Shown here: positions 7,625 to 16,847 of the stretch, piece after piece
Layout: the number at the start of each line of letters is the position of its first letter
Numbering within the stretch: the stretch's first letter is position 1
Assembly (NCBI GenBank): GCA_964648855.1
Contig: CAZYLT010000003.1
Span: 150,001 to 182,000 of the forward strand
DNA: 32,000 nucleotides
Direction of reading: 5' to 3'
Source of the DNA: an uncultured archaeon
Lineage (GTDB): Archaea > Asgardarchaeota > Thorarchaeia > Thorarchaeales > Thorarchaeaceae
The notes under the pieces: generated by a model
Databases searched by the model: none
Seen by the model: the letters and a program-made list of their open reading frames with translations, nothing else
Told to the model about the DNA's origin: nothing
Made by a program: the position numbers and the translations under genes

Positions 7625-8818
7625 CTAGATTATATCGAGCTTTTTGCCAATCTTCTCATAGGCATTCAATGCCTTGTCCAAATGTTCCTTAGAAAGGCCT
7701 GAATTCATCATATTCCTGATGCGTGCTTTGTCACGAGGAACCATGGGATAGACAATGGGCAATGCCAAGATACCCTCTTCAAAGAGACCATCACTGAGTT
7801 TTACAGCCTTAGAGCTCTCGCCACACATTGCCGGTACAATTGGAGTCTCAGTGACTCCTGTATCATAGCCCATCTCCTGAAGTCCTTTGATGAAGTACTC
7901 TCTGTTATCCCATAGCGTCTTGACATGCTCTTCTTCTGTTTCAAGCACATCGATGGCCGCTATGCATGCAGCTACTGTGGCTGGGGGATGAGAAGCACTA
8001 AGTAGCCATGATCGGCTAGTATTGTAAGCATACTTGACCATGTATTCTCCACCTGAAACATGTCCACCCATCACACCAAATGCTTTGCTGAAGGTACCCA
8101 TCTCGAAGTGTACGTCATCATGAGTGAGACCAAAATGTGATACTATTCCTCTACCGCCTTCACCCAAGACAGCCTCACCATGGGCATCATCCACATAGAT
8201 CATTGCACCATGTTCTTGTCCAAGCTCCACAATTTCGTCAAGAGGCGCAATATCTCCATCCATTGAGAATACGCCGTCGGTGATAATGAGCATCCTTCTT
8301 GGATCATCCTTTTCAGCTTCCTTCAGGACTCTCTCTAGTTCACCCATATCCCGGTGAGCGTAGACGAAACGCTTAGCTTTGGTCAGTCTAACACCGTCAA
8401 TGATACTGCCATGATTCAATTCGTCGGATATGATTGCATCTTCTTTCCCAACAAGCTGTGGGATAAGACCTTCATTTGCTGTAAATCCTGCGCTGTATGT
8501 CAAAGATGCTTGTGCACCCTTGAAATTGGCGAGCCTGTCCTCTAGTTCAAGATGCAAGTCCATTGTTCCTGCAATCGCCCTAACAGAACCCGATCCTACA
8601 CCATGAGTTTCAATTGCTTCTTTTGCGGCTTTCTCAAGTTTTGAGTGATTCGTTAGATTGAGGTAATTATTGCTACAAAGCATAATTACTTCTTTGCCAT
8701 CTATAGTAGATACGGGTTGGCTCCGTCCTTGGAGTTCCCTGATTTTCCAATCTAAATCCTGCTCTGCGAGTTTTTCGTATTCTTCTTTCATCCACCGTGT
8801 TGGGTCTCTTTTTGCCAT
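7625..8818 (-). CDS. kbl: Glycine C-acetyltransferase (2-amino-3-ketobutyrate CoA ligase) / AONS-family PLP enzyme
   Basis: CSNNYL, GSGSVRAIAGT, SDELNHGSIIDG, TDGVFSMDGD, DDAHG, GTFSKAFG (PLP Lys). Likely start ATG 8818 after GGTGA; ORF track start 8863. Confidence 0.9.
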   Translation of the reverse strand: MAKRDPTRWMKEEYEKLAEQDLDWKIRELQGRSQPVSTIDGKEVIMLCSNNYLNLTNHSKLEKAAKEAIETHGVGSGSVRAIAGTMDLHLELEDRLANFKGAQASLTYSAGFTANEGLIPQLVGKEDAIISDELNHGSIIDGVRLTKAKRFVYAHRDMGELERVLKEAEKDDPRRMLIITDGVFSMDGDIAPLDEIVELGQEHGAMIYVDDAHGEAVLGEGGRGIVSHFGLTHDDVHFEMGTFSKAFGVMGGHVSGGEYMVKYAYNTSRSWLLSASHPPATVAACIAAIDVLETEEEHVKTLWDNREYFIKGLQEMGYDTGVTETPIVPAMCGESSKAVKLSDGLFEEGILALPIVYPMVPRDKARIRNMMNSGLSKEHLDKALNAYEKIGKKLDII

Positions 8819-8966
8819 CGTATTCACCATAGTCCTCGATACATCGTTATTTTTCTCAACCACGAGGTCATATCTGGGTTGAGGGCCGGAAATTCAGCTA
8901 TATATGCGCTTCGCTGTAAGTGTTTTTCTTTGGATTTATACGTATTATGAAACCACTATGGCTCTG

Positions 8967-9569
8967 CTATTCTAAGAGGGATTTGGCTTCATGTATCCAT
9001 AAACTAACCTTCTCTCGGGGGATCTGGTATCCTTCGGGAACTCTTACATGTCCTTTCTTAACGGAGGCATCAATCTTTCTGAATAAACTATCAGGATCTG
9101 CACTAGCAAGTTCCTTGATGTCAATAATTCCGCCAGCATACACAATTGCTTCGGCATCCTCTTCGGATACGGTTCCCATCCAACAGAATCTACTCATGGC
9201 AACCCATCTCTGAGCAGTTTCCATGTTCACATCGCAAATATCCGCGACCTCATCAGCCCGTGCTCTCATGAGTTCCTTTAGCGTCCCAATTCCCGCCTTA
9301 TGCAGTTCTATGCCATGAAGCGTACCTATACCCTCAATTGTTTCAACGGGTAGTTTGCGTAGCTCTGCACCGGATTCTTCCACTTCAGGAACATATGACT
9401 CAATTCCTTCATCGAGAGGTTCTTCTTTTTCTCTCGAGCAAATCCCGGCTATCATGGCTGATATTATGATGAGAGCAAATGTAGCTTGGCTCGTGTACGT
9501 GATGGGTACAAGGGCAATGAATAACGCTGCAATAGCTAGGATGATTCTATAGGGCTTGTCTACCTTCAT
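8967..9569 (-). CDS. Membrane-anchored helix-hairpin-helix protein (DUF4332-like)
   Basis: Two N-terminal TM helices, then IEGIG...L..AGI.T..EL and a second degenerate repeat (GTVSEEDAEAIVYAGGI....ELA), ending P....V..WI..AK. Confidence 0.75.
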   Translation of the reverse strand: MKVDKPYRIILAIAALFIALVPITYTSQATFALIIISAMIAGICSREKEEPLDEGIESYVPEVEESGAELRKLPVETIEGIGTLHGIELHKAGIGTLKELMRARADEVADICDVNMETAQRWVAMSRFCWMGTVSEEDAEAIVYAGGIIDIKELASADPDSLFRKIDASVKKGHVRVPEGYQIPREKVSLWIHEAKSLLE

Positions 9570-9653
9570 GTGAGTTCACTCATAATCATGAATGGATACA
9601 TAAAACAACCAGGCCATAATTAGTGTTTGGTAGTAATGCAGAAATCGGCCTTT

Positions 9654-10970
9654 TCACTCGTCACTCGTCTGAAAAAGCAGCTCTGTTTCAGGTTCATCTA
9701 TTCTTCTTGAGTTTCTTCTGACGGCTATATACATAGGAATAACTGAAATGGGGTACAATATCATCGCTATCGGGAATAGAATCTGGCCATAGGTCACCAT
9801 TCCACCTACTAACCCTGCTCCAAGAATGAATGATGTAAGTAGTGTACCAGTTTGACGACTAAATGTCCAGGCAATACGGATAATTGCCCATGACCTTCCT
9901 CGTCTTGACCCACTAATCTCCCCCATGAAGAGAGAATTGGTAGCTGGCCTCGCCATATTTGCGGCAGCCATTCTTGTTATGTAAAATGCAACCATCAACA
10001 AGAAAAATGGAGCATATACCAGTCCAAACATCAGTATGGGCGCAAATAGATACAAAAGAAATATCATCCTTAGCTTGCCGACTTTTTCGCTCTGGAGTCC
10101 CACGAACAAAGTCCCTGTGGCAAGTGTGATACTGGAGATTGCTGGAATCGCGCCCAGAATCACGGGATCTGGTGTGAATGCTGCATTGATCCAAGGGATG
10201 AGATAGGGAATCACCATGCCTGAGCTGAAGCCCATAATCGTCTGAGTCGCACCAAATAGAATTGCGGTCTTAGTATCGTGTTCAGCAGTATGACCGGTCT
10301 CTAAACTCTCTTCTTCCGTCCTCCATCCTATCTTCTCATGATTTGAATGAAGCCACTTGTCAGTGTAATATCCATAGAGTCCAGTTACGAATCCGGTGCC
10401 ACCTACAATGAAAAACACTATGGCAAATCTCGCCATCTCAGGATTGATGCTTGGGAGTGCGGCCGGGTCAAGTATAAATCCCGCAAGAAATGAACCTATC
10501 ATTGCAGTTAGGGTTGCCGCTGTAATGGTTATGCCGTATGATTTGGTCCGCTCTTCTCCCTTTGCAGTATAGTCCGCGACAAGTGCATCGACCGATGTGG
10601 TGGCAAATCCAGACCCAATACCTGTCAAAGCATAGAGAATTAGTATAAGAAGGGTATGTGTCACGAAAGGAATTAGCAAGTAGCATACTCCTGAGAAGAT
10701 GCCCCCCACCAAAATACTGATCCCCCTTCCTTGCCTGTCACTAAATATTCCCGCCGGAAAGAGTATTATTGCCTGCACATAACCAGCTGCTGCTACCATT
10801 ATGCCGTAGAATGATTCAGTTTGCCCAATAGCCAAGACGAAGAGGGGAAGTGCCACATAGATAAATGAACGTGAGATTGTGCTGATAGAGCTGAGAATTG
10901 AAAGCCTAGTGACTTTTGCCTTGTCCTCGGACAGTGTGACATAGTCATCATCTTTCATACCGCTAATCAA
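9654..10970 (-). CDS. MFS transporter
   Basis: About 12 TM helices; motif A GIFSDRQGR and its repeat GLQSEKVGK. Confidence 0.92.
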   Translation of the reverse strand: MISGMKDDDYVTLSEDKAKVTRLSILSSISTISRSFIYVALPLFVLAIGQTESFYGIMVAAAGYVQAIILFPAGIFSDRQGRGISILVGGIFSGVCYLLIPFVTHTLLILILYALTGIGSGFATTSVDALVADYTAKGEERTKSYGITITAATLTAMIGSFLAGFILDPAALPSINPEMARFAIVFFIVGGTGFVTGLYGYYTDKWLHSNHEKIGWRTEEESLETGHTAEHDTKTAILFGATQTIMGFSSGMVIPYLIPWINAAFTPDPVILGAIPAISSITLATGTLFVGLQSEKVGKLRMIFLLYLFAPILMFGLVYAPFFLLMVAFYITRMAAANMARPATNSLFMGEISGSRRGRSWAIIRIAWTFSRQTGTLLTSFILGAGLVGGMVTYGQILFPIAMILYPISVIPMYIAVRRNSRRIDEPETELLFQTSDE

Positions 10971-11038
10971 CTCTCTATTTGCGTGATAACGGAATGCCTC
11001 TTACCATCTTCATAAATTCTTGCGCTCCGGAAATATGA

Positions 11039-11479
11039 CTAAATCTCCGAGTTTGGTGTTCTAGGAGCTTTCTCTCCGATACCTGATATATGAATGTCTT
11101 TCCACTCACCCTTACTCTTCATGTATTCTGCTTTTTCTTCAGCATCATGGAGTTCTTCAACAATCGCAATACAGGTACCAGTAGAGTCAGTAAGAGGATA
11201 GATATATTCATAGAGCATTCTACCTCTATAATTCACCCAACCCTCATACTTTTCCATCTTGCCTTGCCTGAGGTCTGAGAGCATCTTCTTCACCGGTTCT
11301 TCCGAAATGTGTCCATGGCAACGAAGAATGGATGTCCCAATTCTCTCATCGGGATTCTGTTGCAGCATCTCACCCGCAACCCGGTTGAAGAGAATAATCC
11401 TATCTTGCTCATCAACAAGTACAATGCCAATATGCAGAGAATCCAGTACGTTTTGCAGCAGACTCACTTCAAGTGTCAT
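11039..11479 (-). CDS. Stand-alone PAS domain protein
   Basis: LDSLHIGIVLVDEQDRIILFN..A..ML......IG pattern, RCH motif, terminal PL.D..G...AIVE. Likely start ATG 11479; ORF track start 11491. Confidence 0.85.
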   Translation of the reverse strand: MTLEVSLLQNVLDSLHIGIVLVDEQDRIILFNRVAGEMLQQNPDERIGTSILRCHGHISEEPVKKMLSDLRQGKMEKYEGWVNYRGRMLYEYIYPLTDSTGTCIAIVEELHDAEEKAEYMKSKGEWKDIHISGIGEKAPRTPNSEI

Positions 11480-11617
11480 GGTATCAACCAATATAATCTG
11501 GATAAACAGGTATCTATATTCCTAGTGCTATGCAACTAGAATACATTGTGAGAAAGTTAAAGCTGTTACACGGATTAATATCCGATGCCAATCAAGATTG
11601 CATGAGGAAATTCACCG

Positions 11618-12712
11618 TTGGATAGCAATGTCACAAAGACGTTGGAATTGTCTTATCTCAGACACCTCCATGATAATCCCCCAATAGCTCCTTACGTATC
11701 TCGAGGAAGTAAGAGGGATCGAATCGATATTGCCGAGCCTCATCTCCATATCGATAAAGAACTGTTGCGGCTGATATCGTGGGTTATCGATAAGGGCTCA
11801 TCCCGCATTTTGCCAATCATAGGCGCCTCGGGGATGGGGAAGACACATCTCTATTGGGCATTGAAATCTTTGGGAAAGCGACATCCCTCGATATCCTATC
11901 GATGTGTATACATTCCTCCCCCTAGCTCTTCATCAAGAATAGGAATACAAGTGCATACCCCTCTTGTCGAAGAAATGGGGGCTTCACATTTCGTTTCCTG
12001 TGTGAAATATGCTTTTGCCAAGGCGGGACTGCGGGGAATGGCAACCATGCATCTGAATTATTCAGAATACCTCTCACGACTCAAAAATGCATTTCCTGAG
12101 TTATCGTACGATCTCCTCTCGGTTCTTGCCCGATATGGAACCGATTGTAAGCTTCGACCCAAAGCTTTACGGTGGCTTCTTGGGCATTATCTTCATCCAA
12201 AAGATAGAGGAAAACTGCAAGTGGACAAATGCCTTGACGATGATGGAACTGCTTTGGATGCGTTATGTCTGCTCTCAGAATCTTCAGAAATTCCAATAGT
12301 CTTCTATTTTGATGAGATGGAGAGCCCATTTCGAACTCTTAGTGAAACTGAACAAGAGAAATTCCTGTCGTTCATTAGTTTACTAACCAAGAAGTCCAAG
12401 AATGCGGTGATTATATGTGCATGCCTTGATGAAATTTGGACTTCAATTGAATCAACTCTAATTCCGCCCAATGATAGTATTTCAGTAACACCGCTGGAAT
12501 TAGTTCCGTTCACTGCTGATCATCTTCGGGAATATACCCAACGTTTGATGTCAGTATACTGGATTAATCAGGGAGTCGATACTCCTCAAGATGAAATGTA
12601 TCCTTTTTCAAATGATGATATTGTGAACATCTATAGGATTTCTGGTGGAAATCCACGCAAGGCCATAAGACTGTTGTACAAAGTACTAGAACTGAAATCA
12701 GCTCGAATCTGA
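11618..12712 (+). CDS. P-loop AAA+-type ATPase (BrxD/DUF2791- or Cdc6-like), function unknown
   Basis: Walker A GASGMGKT, Walker B VFYFDEME, lid motif SGGNPR; helical insert with ALRWLLG. Confidence 0.8.
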   Translation: MDSNVTKTLELSYLRHLHDNPPIAPYVSRGSKRDRIDIAEPHLHIDKELLRLISWVIDKGSSRILPIIGASGMGKTHLYWALKSLGKRHPSISYRCVYIPPPSSSSRIGIQVHTPLVEEMGASHFVSCVKYAFAKAGLRGMATMHLNYSEYLSRLKNAFPELSYDLLSVLARYGTDCKLRPKALRWLLGHYLHPKDRGKLQVDKCLDDDGTALDALCLLSESSEIPIVFYFDEMESPFRTLSETEQEKFLSFISLLTKKSKNAVIICACLDEIWTSIESTLIPPNDSISVTPLELVPFTADHLREYTQRLMSVYWINQGVDTPQDEMYPFSNDDIVNIYRISGGNPRKAIRLLYKVLELKSARI

Positions 12713-13297
12713 TGATTTGCTTTCTTCGTGTTCTGAAACTTCATCTTTTCCTACAGATGGTTGCTCTTCATCTTCATCACTACTAAAAATCTCCGGTAAC
12801 ACCAGTATCGCAATAAATAGGCCAACCATGACAATTACCCCAACCGGTGTTCGCAAAAACAAGCTGACGTTTCCAAGCCATGGGATGGTTGCTACAACAA
12901 CGCCAACTATCTCCCTGTAGGTCCTGTTATATGGGTCCCTGGTGGGATTATTGTCGCCCTTAGTGAAATAGTAGTAATTACCTTCTACTACCTCAATTTC
13001 AACGACACGGTGTACGATTGGACCGTCTGGGTGCCAGACTTCATCCTGATAAACCACAATATCATTCAGGGCGATTTCCTCGGCCTGTCTGGCTTGAATT
13101 ACGAGAAGGTCTCCTCTGTAAAGAGTGGGTTCCATGGAATCAGAAGTTACTACAACTATGGGCGTCGTTGTACTCATCGTGAACATGAAGACCCCGTATC
13201 CGCCGAGGGTGGCTCCGACTACCAAGAATAAGAGGAATCCAGTCTTGACCCACTCAGATCGTGTATCCCATTGTAGTTTTTGTCTGATTTTCTCCAT
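12698..13297 (-). CDS. sec11: Signal peptidase I, archaeal/ER type (S26B, Sec11-like)
   Basis: VVVTSDSMEPT (catalytic Ser), RGDL, PIVHRV (His), TKGDNN; N- and C-terminal TM helices. Likely start ATG 13297 after GGAGGGG; ORF track start 13378. Confidence 0.95.
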   Translation of the reverse strand: MEKIRQKLQWDTRSEWVKTGFLLFLVVGATLGGYGVFMFTMSTTTPIVVVTSDSMEPTLYRGDLLVIQARQAEEIALNDIVVYQDEVWHPDGPIVHRVVEIEVVEGNYYYFTKGDNNPTRDPYNRTYREIVGVVVATIPWLGNVSLFLRTPVGVIVMVGLFIAILVLPEIFSSDEDEEQPSVGKDEVSEHEESKSSDSS

Positions 13298-13365
13298 TAT
13301 TCGCCCCTCCCGCCCTATTCTCCATATTCTAATAAACACTGAGATTAGAGAATGCGGTGGAATTA

Positions 13366-13563
13366 CTAGCGACCCCATCTTTCCTTGGCGTCTTGAATTA
13401 GTTTTCTTTTGTTATGTGTATCCTTTCTAGGATTAGGGTGCCATGAATCTTTGTTTTTAACATTCTCAATTATCAAGTTGCCTATTTCTGTAACAAGATG
13501 CCCTTTGATTATTGCCAGCTTTGTCCGCTCGGCAGCAGCTGCTTTCGTAGAGTCTTTTGCCAT
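13366..13563 (-). CDS. Small basic hypothetical protein (~65 aa)
   Basis: ORF fills the gap upstream of the signal peptidase, with GGTG upstream of ATG 13563. No recognisable motif. Confidence 0.45.
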   Translation of the reverse strand: MAKDSTKAAAAERTKLAIIKGHLVTEIGNLIIENVKNKDSWHPNPRKDTHNKRKLIQDAKERWGR

Positions 13564-13751
13564 GAGATATCCCGATACACCATTTCTGACGTGGTACTGT
13601 ATTCTAGCAGGCAATTTCCACCCCGTAATGGTAGCCCTGTTTCCGTCATCAAGCCAGTTTTCAATTAAAATGAAGAAGCTGGAAATTCTATCATGCTTAT
13701 CTGACTCCTTAAATATAAGGTATTTCTATTATAATATTTGAGAGAAGTTCC

Positions 13752-15119
13752 ATGAAAATCCGAAAGGTGCGTTCAGAAGGCTTACAGCATTTGTCATATT
13801 TCATTAGCTCGGAAGATGAAGCATTGGTTATTGACCCACGGCGTGATTGCCAAACGTACTTGGACATCGCCTATGAAGAGGAAGTTGCCATTACTTGGAT
13901 ACTAGAAACTCATCGAAATGAAGACTATGTGATTGGTTCTCGGGAGTTGAAGCATTACGTTCCAGATGCCAGAATCGGTCATAGTGACGCAACAAAGTTC
14001 GAATATGGCGAGAGCCTTGCTGATGGGGAAACTTTGCGAGTTGGAGCAATGAAGGTCAAGTGTATCAACACTCCTGGACATACACGCGATAGCATGGTCT
14101 ATGCAGTAAGTGATACGGGGGCGAGCGACGACCCGATTGTTGCCTTCACTGGGGATACGCTTTTTGTTAATGAAACGGGTAGAACAGATTTAGTTGATAA
14201 AGATAGAACCGCAGAGTTTGCTCGGGTTCTCTATGATAGTATTCACGACAAGGTGCTTCCACTTGGTGATAGTGTCATAATCTACCCCGCACATGGTGCA
14301 GGTTCAGTATGTGGTGGTGCCATCGGTGCGAGGGAGTTTTCAACAATAGGATATGAAAAATCCAACAACATATGGTTGAGTATGGATGAGGATCAATTCG
14401 TTGAGGAGAAGCTATCACAGGAACTCATTCTCTCGCCCTACTTTTCGAGGTGTGAACGACTCAACACTTCTGGTCCTCCTCTCTTAGCTGAAATGGAAGA
14501 ACCGAAATCTCTGACCGTTGACGCGTTTGAAAAGATATTAGATATTGAAGGAAATGTTGTCATCGACATGCGGTCTCCGAATCACTTTGTAAACGGACAT
14601 ATTCCCTCCTCTATTAGCCTTGAGCTTGATCATATGGGTCTCTTTGTGGGGTGGGTGCTTGAAGAGAATCAGAGATTTGCATATGTTCTAAAAAACAATG
14701 CAGAGTTTGAACGAGCATCAGCCATATTGTACCGAGTGGGCCTTGATAATACTATAGGATATCTTGCACAGGGATATTCACGTTGGGAGAAGAAAGGCAA
14801 ACCTTCAGAAACTACACCTAATTATGAGATTGAGGAGTTCAAACAACTGGTTGATGAAGATGCAGTCAAAGTTCTTGATATTCGCCAGCCCCACGAATAT
14901 ACCGATGAGGAATTTCCTGGTGCCATAAACATACCTTTGTCCAATTTCATTCATAGAATGGACGAGCTGGACAAGGCAGAATCCTACGCTACTTTGTGCC
15001 CATCAGGGATTCGCAGTCTTACTGCAGCAAGCATACTGCAGAGAGCTAACTTCGAGAATGTGGGCATTCCTCTAGAAGGGATGATTGGCTGGAACAAGAA
15101 AGGGTATTCCGCAGAGTGA
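13752..15119 (+). CDS. MBL-fold hydrolase (persulfide dioxygenase/glyoxalase II-like) fused to two rhodanese domains
   Basis: IDPRRD, ETHRNEDY, TPGHT, FTGDTLF...GRTDL, PAHGAGSVCG; rhodanese GHIPSS and C-terminal active-site loop CPSGIRS. Confidence 0.92.
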   Translation: MKIRKVRSEGLQHLSYFISSEDEALVIDPRRDCQTYLDIAYEEEVAITWILETHRNEDYVIGSRELKHYVPDARIGHSDATKFEYGESLADGETLRVGAMKVKCINTPGHTRDSMVYAVSDTGASDDPIVAFTGDTLFVNETGRTDLVDKDRTAEFARVLYDSIHDKVLPLGDSVIIYPAHGAGSVCGGAIGAREFSTIGYEKSNNIWLSMDEDQFVEEKLSQELILSPYFSRCERLNTSGPPLLAEMEEPKSLTVDAFEKILDIEGNVVIDMRSPNHFVNGHIPSSISLELDHMGLFVGWVLEENQRFAYVLKNNAEFERASAILYRVGLDNTIGYLAQGYSRWEKKGKPSETTPNYEIEEFKQLVDEDAVKVLDIRQPHEYTDEEFPGAINIPLSNFIHRMDELDKAESYATLCPSGIRSLTAASILQRANFENVGIPLEGMIGWNKKGYSAE

Positions 15120-15165
15120 GCCACTACCCTCCGATGAGGACTCCCAATCAATGAGTTGAAGGATA

Positions 15166-16752
15166 ATGTTCTGGCGACGACCTACCGGACGTTCCGATGT
15201 TTTGGCTAGCAATGGGGTGGTAGCAAGCTCCCAACCCTTAGCATCACAGGCAGGCTTGAGAATACTGCAGCAAGGTGGAAATGCAGTGGATGCAGCCATT
15301 GCGACTGCTGCTGTGTTGGATGTCGTGGAACCGTTCAGCACAGGCTGTGGAGGTGATGCATTTGCTCTAGTGCATCTTCCGGGCAAAAGAAAACCAATTT
15401 CGTTTAATGGATCAGGTAGAGCTGGGTCTGGTGTTTCACTTGAAGATTTGCTAGAAAGAGAATGGCGAGAAATTCCTCTACGTGGAGGACCTCCAGTTAC
15501 TATTCCAGGTGCAATGCATCTTTGGGATTCTCTCATTTCAGAGCTTGGCAATCTAGAATTATCAGATGTTCTAAAACCTGCAATCAATTATGCACAGAAC
15601 GGATTTCCAGTTTCTCCCATCATTGCACAGTTATGGGACATTCTTTTACCGGTTCTTGGAAATGATGATGCTCGAAGGACCTTCACAATAGAAGGGAAGA
15701 GCCCAAAAACTGGGGACATGATGCACAATCAAGATTTGGCCGATACATTTCGGACTGTAGCTGAAGGTGGTATAGCATCATTCTATGAGGGTGAGATTGC
15801 AGAACGCATCGTTTCCACAGTGAAAAGCCATGGAGGATTTCTCAGACTCGAGGATCTGGCCAAGCATGAAACAGAAAAAACCAACCCCATCTCTACATCG
15901 TATGATGATGTCTTAGTGTTTGAGCACCCACCGAACGGTCAAGGTTTCGCCGCGCTTGAGATGATCAATATCATGGAGCAATTTGATATCAAAGAAATGG
16001 GAGAATTGAGTCCGGACCGTTTTCATGCAATGATTGAGGCGAAAAAACTGGCTTATGATGACCTCTATCGCCATAATGCTGATCCGGACTTCTACGATGT
16101 TCCAATCGACCACCTTCTTTCGAAAGGATATGCACTCTCCAGAGCAAATCTGATTGATATGAACCATGCAATGGATCTTGAGACTATGAGCATGAAACAA
16201 GGGCCAGATACCGTTTACCTTGCAACCGCAGACAAAGACGGTATGGCTGTTTCTTTCATAAATAGTCTCTACATGGGATTTGGGAGTGGATTAGTCGCTG
16301 AGGGAACCGGTATAAAGCTGCAGAACCGTGGCAATCTCTTCAGCTTAGACCCAAAGCATCCGAATTGTTATGCGCCCGGGAAGAGACCATTTCACACAAT
16401 AATTCCCGGAGCTCTATATAGAAACAAGGAACTTCTCGCTGTGTTTGGAATCATGGGTGGTGCGCATCAAGCTCAGGCACATGCCCAATTCGTGAGTCAT
16501 ATCTCCGACTTTGATATGCCGCCACAAGCTGCCTTGGACTTCCCGAGATTTCACCATGACCAAAAAACGAATACTGTGGCACTGGAAAATGGAATTGCGG
16601 CAGATATTCAGGGTCAATTACGGCTGAAAGGGCACCGGCTTGTACATGAAACCGCGTTTGGCTTTGGAGGTGGACAGGCGATTTTTGTCCACGGAGATGC
16701 ATGGAAGGCTGGCTCAGATCATCGCAAAGATGGTCAAGCTGTTGGATATTGA
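15166..16752 (+). CDS. ggt: Gamma-glutamyltransferase family protein
   Basis: GGNAVDAAIA, GGDAF, PPNGQG, DTVYL (Thr nucleophile), QNRG, PGKRPFHTIIP, GIMGG, SDHRKDG. Confidence 0.95.
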   Translation: MFWRRPTGRSDVLASNGVVASSQPLASQAGLRILQQGGNAVDAAIATAAVLDVVEPFSTGCGGDAFALVHLPGKRKPISFNGSGRAGSGVSLEDLLEREWREIPLRGGPPVTIPGAMHLWDSLISELGNLELSDVLKPAINYAQNGFPVSPIIAQLWDILLPVLGNDDARRTFTIEGKSPKTGDMMHNQDLADTFRTVAEGGIASFYEGEIAERIVSTVKSHGGFLRLEDLAKHETEKTNPISTSYDDVLVFEHPPNGQGFAALEMINIMEQFDIKEMGELSPDRFHAMIEAKKLAYDDLYRHNADPDFYDVPIDHLLSKGYALSRANLIDMNHAMDLETMSMKQGPDTVYLATADKDGMAVSFINSLYMGFGSGLVAEGTGIKLQNRGNLFSLDPKHPNCYAPGKRPFHTIIPGALYRNKELLAVFGIMGGAHQAQAHAQFVSHISDFDMPPQAALDFPRFHHDQKTNTVALENGIAADIQGQLRLKGHRLVHETAFGFGGGQAIFVHGDAWKAGSDHRKDGQAVGY

Positions 16753-16847
16753 TTTTGCAAGGATTCAATACACTGAAAACCCAGTTTGCATCCACAATAA
16801 TTTAACCATTTGCTACACAATCACGTTACTATTAATGAAGTGATACC

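Noticed and set aside
7065-7628. 187-aa + strand ORF (and antisense 7076-7402) as intact genes
   Set aside because: Largely antisense to the more protein-like 77-aa ORF and runs through the kbl terminator. Only its first part is kept, as a possible remnant.
11618-12712. A complete BREX or other defence system around the ATPase
   Set aside because: No methyltransferase, PglZ, helicase or nuclease partner is adjacent.
13585-13650. GGGGTGGAAATTGCC resembling an FMN riboswitch T-loop, and a nearby TGATGA resembling box C
   Set aside because: The other FMN motifs (ACCGGCGGT, second T-loop, GGATG) and a CTGA box D are absent.
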